A DNA stretch of 64,000 nucleotides from Paragordius varius (taxonomy: Eukaryota; Animalia; Nematomorpha), in assembly GCA_964247055.1 (NCBI GenBank), contig OZ176052.1, positions 8,680,001 to 8,744,000 of the forward strand. Direction: 5' to 3'. A program made the translations under genes and the position numbers. The notes below the pieces were generated by a model, which was not told the origin of the DNA, did not search any database, and saw nothing but the letters and a program-made list of their open reading frames with translations. Of this stretch, positions 1 to 13,100 are shown one piece after another (positions within the stretch are counted from its first letter, which is position 1; each line of letters opens with the position of its first letter).

Positions 1-136
1 TTAGAGCCTAAAATTGGGACAGCTCCAAAACACGATTGAAACGAAAGCTGGTTCGAAAATCATATATATCTTTGCTGATAAAATGTTGCCTGAAAGCACT
101 TTAAAGTTAATTATTTACATTTTCTAACCATAATAC

Positions 137-345
137 ATTTATTTGCCTGTTACGTTAGGGATTTAAAAAAATCTATAGGGTAGAAAATTGCGGCAAAAAG
201 TTTGAGATGAGAATATTTTCAATTTTACATTTCTTAAAAAATTTATTTGCATCATACACTTAAAAACAAAAAAAGCATATTTTTAAATTCGACTTAATAC
301 CATAAATACTTTTTAGGATATTCAAATTTCAAATCCCCACAAGGT
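137..345. repeat. Diverged dispersed repeat, homologous to ~1530-1712
   Basis: By-eye alignment, e.g. aattttacatttcttaaaaaatttatttgcatcat...tttttaaattcgacttaat versus aattttacattttttaataatttgttttgcattat...tttttaaattcggcctaat. Probably an old TE family; ends not defined. Confidence 0.5.
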
Positions 346-838
346 AATAGAGTGTTAATTTTGGTGGGGCGTGAACAAAAAATGTTGGAAACCTTTAACA
401 TAGCCTCTATAGTTACCGTTTCTGATAAAAAAAGAGTATTAAAAATTATAGTTGTTTAAGATAACCATTCCGTTATATTTTTCACTAATGCAATCAAAAG
501 TTTTAAGCTTTTGAAATCAATTAAAGTAAGGGCCTATTTAAAGCAAATATTTTTTTAAAATATTTGTCAATTACATCTTAACAAAAGCTTAGAAAAGCAT
601 ATAACTGAAAAATTTTGCGGCGATAAGTTTATGCGAATTTTCATAATATTTTCATTTAATAAATAAAGCACGTTCAACACACTTCATGACCTTTTGACTT
701 TTGTCCGTGATGACTTGGAGTAGTGTTATACTCCAGAGCTCAATTTTGTAAATATACTCTTTTAAAGGTTACTTCTTAAGAAATGTTCTCTTGTATTAAT
801 AAAAAATATTTTTTACTTTTGTGACTACTAGATTTTAA

Positions 839-1410
839 CACTTTGATTCAATTTGGGGTATCTAAATACCCCAGACTAAATTAAATTAAAAATTTTAAAA
901 AACTACTGAAGGAAACGGTCTTAATTTAAATTTATGCTTCTATCCCAATAAAAATTATATAAATAGGCTAAAATATTTTAATAAAATTTCGTTTTGAAAA
1001 AAAAGTTCCATCTCAAACTACTTGGACGCCATTTTTATTTTGCTAACTTTTTGCAAAATATCGTGTTCATTTATTTTTCAATGTATAGTTAAAGCTAATT
1101 TTTTATTTAAATCATATCTAACACTGATATAAATAAAAAAGTGGTTTATTTTGTATTATTTTTCAATTTAGCCATTGCACATATGTCAGGTTGACTAAAT
1201 TTTCACCTTTGGGTTTCAGCTTAATATGAGTAATATCAAGTATTTTTTAAAAATTTTTTTTATATATTCCGGTTATGTTATATAAGTGCAATTTGCTATG
1301 GTTTCAATTCCTTCCATATTTTTTAAAGAATTTAATTTTAAACAGGCCTGGGGTATCCAACTACCCCAATTTGAATCGAAGGACTAAAATGAATGTGTTG
1401 TATCCAAGTG
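839..1410. mobile_element. Non-autonomous TTAA-flanked (piggyBac-like) MITE, copy 1
   Basis: TTAA at 835-838 and 1411-1414. Termini are CACTT...AAGTG with subterminal inverted GGGGTA/TACCCC blocks. A near-identical shorter copy lies at 38839-39111. Confidence 0.75.
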
Positions 1411-1806
1411 TTAAAATAGACACAGATCCAAAACACCTTGAATTAAACAGCTGATATTATATCAAGTTTTTGTTGGTAAAATGCCACCTATAATAAAGTC
1501 AATTATCTACATTTTTAACCCATAAGATACATTTATTGTATATTGTATTAGCGATTTATGAAAATCGGAAAAAAGATGAGGATTGTTTTATAATTTTACA
1601 TTTTTTAATAATTTGTTTTGCATTATGCGCCTTAAAATCTAAAGAAAACATTTTAAATTCGGCCTAATCCTAAAATAGTTTTCAAGATATTCTGATTTTA
1701 AATCGCTCTGGGATATAAAATTACCTTAAGAAGTCATGAATCAAAGGGTTATAATATTTGAATTAAACTCACAACTTTGGCAGTTTTTAGTATTTTTCAA
1801 TCGCTA

Positions 1807-3049
1807 TGGGGTCGTCAACTATCTTAAAGGGTAATGAAAAGTTAATTAATATCTTACATCTACCAAATTTACATATGTTTCAATCGATTTTTTCTACAAA
1901 AACATTTAAAAAGAAATTAATTAGTTATTTTATTAAATATTACGTCTTCTTATACACATTTGCCTATCTCTCAGGTAAGACATGGATGCCGCGCAAGAAT
2001 AAATGATTGAATTTTGCAGATATCGTACCCATTTTTCAACATTTGTTAAATTATATAAGTGCTAATCTGGGAGGGTGCATCGCCTATGCAAAGTTGTATT
2101 AGTCAGATGGCCCATTAGGAGAGTCAAGCGATAAAAATTTTTATCGAAGCGCCTTTCACTAGTGTTGCTGTGTGAGACGGAGCATCGCAACGTATGACCG
2201 ATTCCGGTCGTTTTAATAATATTTGTTATAAATTAACATTTTGTTTGCGATAGCGTTGTTTAATTATTTTGTTCATAATACATACCGCTCTCTCACTAGA
2301 CACAGAGCATGATCTTTTTGCCAAAGCAATACTTGGGTTGATGGACCGGCTTAGCAAGGTAATGATTTATCCGATTTGTATTTACAAAAGCCATTTCTTA
2401 TCACCCGTCCCACTTCAATGTAAAAATCTCTCTGCGAGTTGAACCAGGATTTTAGAAGACATTTAGCGAGATTGGGCGCTCGTCCGAATTGTGTAGGACC
2501 TGTTACCGTGTTTATTGGTCTTTACCATTTGCTCGCTGATATATATATAGTATTTTTTTGTGATGCATGCAATGAATTTGTCAATTTTTGTTAAATATGA
2601 GTTGGGTCATTATAACTCCTCACTTTAGCGTTATAGCATTTGTGGGGTCTACCAAAGCGCCTACACTTTTTTTCACATGATATCTTTTAATATTTCGAAA
2701 CCATATATCACATGTGTTAATCGATAAGTCATGTTCACCATATGTTCCTGTCAGTGAACGATGCAATAGCTTTTTTCCTCTGGCGGCAATCAATGCCGCA
2801 CGTTCTTTTTCAGGCACAAAATTTGATATGATTATTGTGTATCAAAAATTAGACGCTTTTTTGATGAACTCTATGTGTGTTTCTTGTTTTAAATTATCAA
2901 TGTTCTGTATCAATTTAATAGTCTGCGTATTTTTTGGCTGGCGTTTTCTCTAAAGCAAAACCAGTATGAACAAAAGTTTGTTCCAAATTTTAAGAGTTGA
3001 TTTCAAGTACTGTCAACCCGAAATCTATCTAAAAATTTGCCGACCAATG
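1807..3049 (-). mobile_element. Degenerate mariner (Tc1/mariner) transposon
   Basis: Broken minus-strand frames give SNFVPEKERAALI, LTGTYGEH..SINTCDIWFR, FLH*SGTGDKKW (cf. FLHRIVTGDEKW), FGKKIMLCV**ESGMYYE, DAPSHTA and FLRGIHVLPER*. Length is ~1.25 kb, TA-flanked, with degraded TIRs (ggtcg[g/t]caa). Many stops and frameshifts. Confidence 0.85.
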
Positions 3050-4178
3050 TAATTTAGTATAAATTTAATATTACAAACACCATTTTATCCATTTGTCTTA
3101 ATAACATTGTGGACAACGCACCATATTATTTATTGCTTTGTCACATGCAATGCAGCATATTTGGCTTATTATGTTGTTGTTCCATCACATTATAATATTT
3201 TTTTATCTTTAATTTTTTTTAATCTATTAAAATTAAAAATATATTTTGCAATATAGAATTTTTTACATTCTACACACAACCAATCAATAAAATGCGTAAT
3301 GGGAAATAACTATACTTTTAAAAGCGAAATAACATTGGGTATAATTCAGTTTGTATTATTGTATAATCAACATATTTTTATTTGATTTATAAATAAACAA
3401 ATTGGACCCGAATCAAAATGAGTACATTATGTTTAAATAATTTATATTTTGTTGTTGTTTAAAGTAAAACTTAACAAAATTAAAATTAATTTTATGCAAA
3501 TTTATTATAAATTATTCGCGAATTACATTTTAATCCATATACGATTAAATTGATCGAAATCAACCCAAAATTTTTCAAATTCACTTACTAAATCAGGTTA
3601 TTATATTATAAACATATATATATCCATATCATTTAAAAAACTTAATTTAACCACATTATACATATATCTTTTTACAACGATTAATATATAATATGTATAT
3701 TGATAATATGCTTTAAATGTGATACATTTTTTTGGATCCAATTTCTGTTTTTTTTTATTTTCGTTTACTAAACGCTATTAACTATTTGTTATTATAGAGC
3801 CTTTTATGTAATTTAAATTTTTCCTAGTCAATCAAAATTAATAAATTTTTACCTATGTGTTCATAAATAAATATGCAATAACAATGATAAATAAAGTAAA
3901 CGTTTTAATATATGTATATGGTAAATAAAGAGATAGGTAAGTATAAGGTAAACTGATTTCAAGGTTAGGATTTGTTATGTTTTCATTAACAAGCGTAGTA
4001 AACGCATTTTTTCTATTGTGTTAAACATACAGTTTAAGACGACATATTAACGCAAAGATGACTGCAATAAAAAAACCTACAGATTTTTTATATAGGATAG
4101 GACTTAGGCATTTGTATAATATTTTATATATTTAAATAATAAATTTAATATTAACGCTGCCATATTTATAGATAAGAT

Positions 4179-7100
4179 ATGACAGAAAACTTATCAGATC
4201 GTTTTTCGAAACATAGAATGAATTCTCTTTCAGAACTTAAAGCAGACACCACATTAACGAGAACAAAGGTTGAAATTTTGCTTTCATTCTTATCTATGTC
4301 ATGTTTAACTCTTGATTGAGCACACTGCGTTACATTTATATAAATTTAATTATTCCCTAATGATTATTTTAATTTGAAGGATGTATGAGAATTACCCCTA
4401 AAATAGCGCAATATATGTTTTTTCTTACGTAGGAAAGAGCTGTTGATGTGCTTAAACAAAAAATTGCAGAACAACCAAATCCTTATGAAACAGTGGCCAA
4501 AGATTTAGTCAATGAAACTTTGAATAAAACCACAACTCTTCCATCATCTACTCCCGTAAAATCTACCAATATGCAAAGATCATCGTCCCCAGAAACGACT
4601 TTTGATTACAATAATAAGTTGGGACAAGATCGAAAAAATACACAACAAACATCAGATTTAACTGATAAAGAATTGAACCATATTGGTAATTGGTACGCAC
4701 CTAGACCACAAGTTCCTGCCATCAGACCCCAAGCTCAAGAGGCATTTTCTGAATCGGTCGATTATGAAAGTCCGGCATACTATCGTTCTTTAAATGAGCC
4801 TGACTCCTCAAACATTAAACAAACTATGGTAAGCCATATACCCGATAGCAATAACATTAAAGCAGAAACACCCTCTAACCTGCATCGTGTAGAAGATAAT
4901 CAATATAAATTACCTTCAGGGTATCAGCCTGTGTATAATTCAGAGGATAGAGCACAAAAACAAGCCCAAACATTTTCTAATTTATTACCTACATCTAAAA
5001 ACTTTCAATCACAAATGCACATTGTTGATTTATACGCTTCACCTAAAGCTGGCAGACGATCGATATCATCGCACGGATCTATCCCCATACCTGTTATATA
5101 TGAACGAAAATTTAGTAATGCGAATTTGTTTACGAATATCATTAGCAATTCTGGTATAAAGTAGTTAGTGTTTTTAGTAAAAACTACTTTAGACCTAGTA
5201 ACGTATAAATTCAAATTATGGTGTATACATGTTTTTAAATTGCACATATACAAGGCATGCTTTTAATTAGTTAGTTAGTTAGTCTATGTTAAATGGTATG
5301 AGGAACTTAATTATGCTATTTATTAATTTATTTTTTTTCTTTGTACTGTATGTAAGATAAATTTAAATCTTTTGTTACGCGGTTAAAACAGTTTTTTTAA
5401 AGGAGCTTTTTAAAATAATAATTTTGTCGATTAAACCTATATGTAGTAACGGAAATACCCAAATCCATTTTTGGCTCAAAAAAGAATGGATTATCAATAT
5501 ATTATCGTTTCGTTTAGCTGTAGTAGAAACATAAACAATGGTGAAATAATAGGGTGCTTTTAATATTGACAAATAGGGTAAACATAAAAAATATCTGTCA
5601 TTTCATTTATTGAAATTTACAGTATATGTTTGTTTAATAAAAATCAAATCTGAATTTTTATATATATTCAATTCTAAAGCAATGTCAGGTACAATAATAA
5701 TTATTGAAATATGATGTGAAATTTTTATTCTCTAACATTGATTACATGGAAATTATAATATATTTCAGGCCCAAAATATATGTTATAGTGAAATTGAAAT
5801 TGAAATATTTTTAATTTGAAATTGATGCTTAATATATTTTTTTAAAATAATAAAAGATAATTCGTTATGCTTGAATTAAGAATTTACCCATATTTTTTAT
5901 TTAATATTAATGATAGTGTTAAAATCATTGTAACGATAACACTTTAAAATGGTTTTTGGCATGATAACTCTGCAGATTTTATAATATTGCTATAAATAAA
6001 TAAATATATATTGTTCTAACTTAATCATATTCATTCACCTTTTATTAAATAAAAATGATGAAAAATATAATTTAAATCAAAAAATCCATATCCAATTTTT
6101 TCATAGTGTGTTAAGATGACATAATCTAAATTAGATTACGTTTTTTCGTATTTACCTACCTTTTTGTTTAATTGAAATATATTATTTCACTTTTGCATGT
6201 TTTGATTTTTTTATTTGTGCAAAAGAGGTGAATTGAAAGTTAGTTTTATTTTCTTTTTGTTTGTGTTGTAAAAAATAAATAATTAATATTTGGTAGTTTT
6301 TTGTAAAATTTAATTCGATCAAATCCATCATATTTGTTATATTCTTGGATTCAAGGTATTTAGGATATTGCTTAGTTTAGTTTAAATTGTTTTAATATAT
6401 CATACTTGTTACATTTTTAAATCAATTGCGGTTAAAAATTTATAAAAAAATATATTTGTTTTCGGTTTAAAGTTAGGCTATTTTAAAAGTGGACCTTTTT
6501 CTTGTGATAAACCAGTTTAAAATAAATTATATCCCTAGCTAGACACTTTAAATTTTTGTTCCTATTTCCATAATTATAAACGGAACTAATACTCAATTAT
6601 ATGTATTAAATAATTTTAAATATTTTAACTAAGACATCACATGTTCTTTTTTAGATCACCCGAGATACGAGCCATACGAAGAAATTGACATGTTTCGAAG
6701 ATTTAGGTAATTTTTTTACGTATATAATTCAAAGATATTATCTAAAATTTATTTATTCGGCAAAGAGTTTTCGATGGTTTGTTACCACTGTTGTGGATAA
6801 CTGTATTTTCCAATTTTTCTGTTCTTTTTTAAATATATCCAACTTAGATAAGACATGAATATTTAAAGTAAATTTAGCAATTTTATCAATTTTTCCATTA
6901 ACTCTTATTATTTTCTGATATTTCCAAGATAAAAAATTTGTAAACTAAAATTACACCAAGCATTTATCTGTATAACTTTAATTTTTATAATCTTATTTCG
7001 GTTAATTTATTAACATGTGGGAAAAGAATAACTTTCGAGAAAAGGCAATGCCAAATAATTCATTTATAGCTAGCTGACCAAATTAAACTATTTAGCGTCC

Positions 7101-10100
7101 ATGGAATGCCTCTTTTTGAAGGATGGTTTGAAAAGTTTTTGTTAGTCATTTAAGAAAATGTGGAAAAGAGCACTATAAATTAAATATACGTATATATTTA
7201 AAAACAGAGATCGCTTTTCCATGCATTATAACCGAAACAATCATTTTTAATTAAATATTTTTTGCCTAATTTCGGTTTATTTGCCCTAAATCAGTCCTTG
7301 TGTGATCGAATGGTTTCGATTCGGTTGCATTTTTTGGAATTTTCATATGTTCTAATTATTTTTATACATTTTGAATTCTTTGGATAAAAAATTTAACACT
7401 TCAACAGGTATTTTTATTGTGGGTAAATTTCTGCGAAAAGTATTTAAAAAAAACTATAGATTATATTTTATGAATCGTTTTTACTTCCAAAAAATTGATC
7501 AGGTTGTGGCTCCGATCTTTGCTTTTTTCTTATAAAACAAACTCTTAACTGTAATATTTAAGGGTGAAGCTCTAAATTTCTTAAATATGTTTAATTAAAA
7601 TATAGATACGGATAAAGCATTTTATAAATTATCATAAAATTTTTAATTATTATATTGATATAGGATTTCAACTTATATTATTAGGTTAAACATGTTTCAT
7701 AACTTACGATGACCTTTAAAACTAGTTAAAAAACAACAATTAATTAAACACAAATAATCTCACCCATATTTTAACCAATAATAACCATGTACTAAAATAA
7801 TATACAATTTTTAAAATTTACCACATTCTTGACTACGTTTAGTTTTATTTCATTTTCCTGTCTTTTGTTCAGATCAAAAGCCCAAAGCCCACCTCCCCCA
7901 TCTTCTCCACCCTTCGTGGCGGATGAAAGGTTTCGCGGGTCATCTCTCCCACCCCTCGGGCCAGCAGATAGTTTCAGGAGTCCAAATGTTCCAAACAAAA
8001 TTGAACACAGCAGTTTTGAGCGGAGACCGGATCAATCTGTGGCTCAATACTTTAAACAGGAACAAAACAGGGATAACGTTGTAAAAGCTACGCGTGAAGT
8101 CATAACCTTCCAAAACGAAGAAGATCCGACTCAATATTCAACTATGAGAGCCACAGTCAGAGGAGGCCAAAACCCTAACAATGGTTAGTGTGTTAGTAGT
8201 TAACTTCTTTAATTTCACATTTTTGAATCTAGAAAACGGTCCTAAAACTATGGAAATTGCATTATTGAATAGATTTTAATATTTGAAAGAATTAGATATA
8301 CCTAGACTGGGTCCAGTTTTAGTCAATTAGTTTTTAAGCCCTTGAATAGTATTTAACAAAAAGATGCTTATTTACTTTCTTTTAGCGTGTTGTAAATCAG
8401 TTTTATCAATGATGATTTTTTTAGATTTGGATTTATAGTTTACTATTTATTTTTATATGGTGTTGTGTGTGTGTTGTCATTTATAAATAAATATTTTTTA
8501 TCTTTTTGTAAACTATTTTTAAATTAATATAACTTATGCTTTGTTAATTAAAACTTATTATGAAGATGTGTTTTTTAAAAAAAATAAATAACCAAAATAA
8601 AAACAAAATTTGATTTGACCTTCAAATTTATTTAAAACATTATCATCTTGTTTATATTATTTTTATTATTAAAGATTATTACATTTAAAATTTTATAGCT
8701 AAATTTTATTAAAATATTGGTTCAAGCTTAAAATTTAAAATTTTGCCCTACCTTTTTAAGTTTTAGGATGGATTCATCCTTAAAATATTTAATAAGTTCT
8801 TAACTTTTTTGATTTATTTTATGGGCTTAATTTAAAAAACAATTTCGTTTTTTTGGGAAAAAATCGCATTACTTTTTTAGAATACAATTATATTAATTTT
8901 TAATTGACATATATTTAAAATATTAAGTCTTTTATATTCTAACCATCCCTGTTAAAAGAAATAATAGCATTAAGGAGTTTGGGCATTGATATAGATAATA
9001 TTTAGGTTTTATTGAAAACGTAAGGAATATAGCGATTTTAACCAAATAATATCACCAATAAATTTTTTGAAAATTCACAACTATATTTAGAAACAATAGA
9101 TAACCAACTATATCATATTTTATAACAACAAAAGAATACATCATCGATTTATAATACCAATCAATAAAAAGGAAATGCCGCAAACCCATTCTTTAAAAAC
9201 ATGATCTCTTTTGTTTTTGTTAACGGTTCTTAAAATAATAATATAAGTGTTAAAGTTAAAAATAAATATATATATAACTTGTCAATAATTTTTTTTCAGC
9301 TTTCCCCTTTATTTTTGCATTCTTTGCAATTGTGGTGCAAAATAATATATAATAATAAATACAGCACATATATTAAATTATAGCGTTTTATTTTTTTGGC
9401 AATATTTGCATATAATTACACACCATACCTTTTCCTACAGGTGTGTGTATACATATTATATTTATTTATAGATTTGTCGATCAACCAACTTCATATTTAC
9501 ATATATTAAATAATATTTATTGTAAATAATAAAACCAATCTCATCATCGTTATTATTTTGTTTTTTTTGCCCTTTTTATTGTAACTATCAAATTTTTTAA
9601 CCCGTTATTCCCCCGTATATAAGGTACTGATTCATTAAAAAATATATGTTTAATATCAAATTTTATATTCAGTAGGATCTCTTTTTTTCATTGGTTTAAT
9701 TTTGGTGATTTCAAACTTGAATAAATTTTGTTGAATAAGGTTTGAATATATTTCAAAAAATTTTTTTTTAAATTTCAGAAATTTTTTATTCTTTATTTTA
9801 GTTATTCCTAAAGTTTACACCGCTACTATAACCTATTACCATCATCAAAGCGAAAATTATCCGAATCAAGGATTGCCGAAACCTAATGCGATGAGTACTC
9901 CTATTCCTTCTGAACAAGTAAGCTAGTTATTTAAGAAATAATATTTGTAAAATGATTTAATTTTTATAAATTTAATTTTTACGAATTCTGAAATATTTCC
10001 AATTTAACTTTGTTTTCCTTTATAGCGAATCGTGATTGAACCACCCTATGTCGAATCTATACGGTAAAATCTATTTTTACAATATAAAAGTTTTTAAGAG

Positions 10101-13100
10101 TAAAATTGTGCCATATAACGTACTATATGTATCATTCATTCTCCAAATCGATTTTTTACATTAAACAATATATTTGTGCCAATATTTCGGCGGAAATTTT
10201 TATGTTTCTTTCACTAGGTGTGAATTTCGACACCTTAATATTTTTTTTATATAAAATATTTTTCTTTTATAAAGTTTTTTCGCATAAAAATTTTGAAGTT
10301 TGACTTATAGCTGAGCTGAATAACTAAAAGCAACCAAACTTTTTTTACCGGTTTCGTCAAGATCAATCAATTAAAACTTAATTATCTGTTAATAATGTGT
10401 TGTTGTTTTAATAAAACATAATTAATGACTAAATAATGGAAAATAGTTTTATTATTCTTTGAATTAGGTAGGTATAAATGTAGGAAAAAAAGATTTTGAG
10501 GATAGGTAGGCAAAAAAGTTTTGAATTAAATCCAAAAAAAATAATTTTTGGCACAATTATCATTTTAACTTTTATTATCTCTAATGTAAACACACACAGG
10601 TAAAAAGATATTACTTAAAGCGTTTGATTAACACTATTTTTTATTTCTATCATCAATCGGCAACAAATTAAATTATAAAATAATAAAATTTTAGCGATAA
10701 ATCACGCATCATTGATTCGGCGGCATTTGGCAACATTGCAAGACCGGTTAGAGTACAGGATGAAAAAACTTTTGTTCGACGTATAGATAAAGATGATTCT
10801 CACCTGTATGGATCTTCGGTCGATAGCGGATGTAAATTTTTTTTATATTAATTGAGATATAAAATATATATTAGCTGTTTGTTCGTTTTTTTTGAATTAA
10901 AATTATGTGACAATTTAGAAAACCAACCATCTTTAGTTTGGATGAAAAGTAAGGTAACCAGGTTTCACTCTTGATATTTGTGGCAAACCCAATGCTAAAA
11001 ATTGGTTTCGCACACTAATTTTTAATTAAGAATATATTTTCATAAAGGGTATCATAAGTCCTAATGAAAAAAGTGGAAAATAATATTATATTTATCGTGG
11101 CTTTATTCTTAAAGATTTGGGTTTAAATCAAGACATTCTTTCTCGTAATATAGTAACGAAATGTAGGGTTAATATATAGTTACCATCCGTCTAAGTACAA
11201 CCAAAATATTTGTTTAACAAATATAGTATATATAAAAATCATTTTCCAATTTTTAACAATATAAATTATATTAGTAAATTCAATGGATATATTTGCATTC
11301 TTAATGAGTGCATATGTTAGAGCAACTATTTTTTTGTAAAACCAGATTTTTTCCAAAAATTATAGGGCTTCTAATATTCTGTTTGAACATTCAATCATTT
11401 GCTTAATGCGATAAACTACAGTTTTAATAGTAGTAATGCATTTTTATGGATATAATATAATTTTTAATACTAAAACCCACAAATAAAATAGAAATTTAAA
11501 ACCGCAGAAATTCTAGGTTCCGTTAAATCCAATCCATACGTTAATTGATAATAATTGCGTTCTTAATTTATCCGTTATCTGATAACCATGTTTTTTATTT
11601 CTTTGTCAAAGATGGTCGTTGGGGTGATCAAAGCCCACCTCTCTCACCCTTCGGAGCGAATTCCAATGAATCTCGAAGTCCGCTGCCCGTAACAAATTAC
11701 TATTCTAACGTGCCCACCAGAGAAACTGTCATTGTGGACCGTCGAGGACCGAGTCCGACGCCCCCGATTGGGGCTGTTTTCATCCCTGGACCTCCGCCTC
11801 GAGTAAGTTCCCCTCATCAAGAATACTTGTTACCAGCCGTAGTTACGGAGGAAAAGAAGAAACATGGCTTCTTCTCCCGCGGCGACAAGGATAAAGAACC
11901 TGGTAATAAATAAGTTTTAGACATTTAACAATAACAAAATTTATATTGATATGTTTTAAGTCGTACGAATGAGTGTTAACAAAACAAAAAATTAGTCTAT
12001 CGAGTACTATTGCAGAAGGGTTAAGAGTCAGATTAGGTGATCGTTATTTTCTATATTCAATATCCATCTTTTATTTGATAATCGTTCAAATGCTAACCTA
12101 TTAATGATGATTTTTATTTGATTTAAAATGAAAGAATAAATTTATTTTATTTTATGCAATAAATCGTATTTGAAGGCGCCTTTAAAGTAAAAAATTATCG
12201 TATTATTGGCGAAAGATTGCATATCATTGGTTTTTTGATAAACATTTTTTTAGTATTCATATTTAATAAAACCGGTAAATAATGGTCATTCTAAACTAGG
12301 TTGACTTATTATTCAATTATTTAGTTTATATCTTCTGTAAGATATGATGTTTTAACACGACAGAAATAGACATTACACTACTTTTAAATTATAAGTTTAA
12401 CGTTACATATATCCAAAAAATGGGCTTAAAAATTCTCAAGTATAATATAATAATTTGGACCTATAACCATTTTAATACTACATTTAGGTTATTTATATTT
12501 TCGCTCAAATACAAAGTTAATAATATTAATATTATTATATCTAGTTCAAAAAGTTGGATATATTCCAGTCATCGATGGTGCAGTCCAGTTAATTCCAGCC
12601 GGTCGAGATGGGAAACCAGATATCCACGCCATAGATGCTAGCAAAAACAATGGTATTTCTTTCTAGTTTTTCCACTGGGTAAAGAGTTGGCCCTGTATAG
12701 ACGGAGTAGAAAATTTCCACATAATTTTAAATTGTGAACTTGTTTTTGACCAGATTTTTTGTTATTGCGTAAATTTATTTTATTTCATTGCTAAAACTTA
12801 TATATTTATTCATTTAGGTTCGCCACAAATGGTCCCAATGCCTGGCGCTTTCATTCAAGGGCCACCTCAACCGATCCCTCGAGGACAAATCGTACAAGAA
12901 GTTAGAGGTTTGGGATACATTTTGTTTTAATATTTGTTATCAGACAGAACTTATAATTTATAAATTTATTTATAAAATAATTTATTCTCATAAGTAATAA
13001 AGTAATTCACAAAAATTAATGAATAAATTCAATTATTCGAACTTTTAATTTTATACGATAATATAAAAATAAATAAATGTAATAATTATTTAAATGAATC

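Noticed and set aside
11506-11543. Possible micro-exon GTTCCGTTAAATCCAATCCATAC before exon 11612
   Set aside because: Neither candidate acceptor gives a length compatible with the flanking phase-1 introns; one creates a stop.
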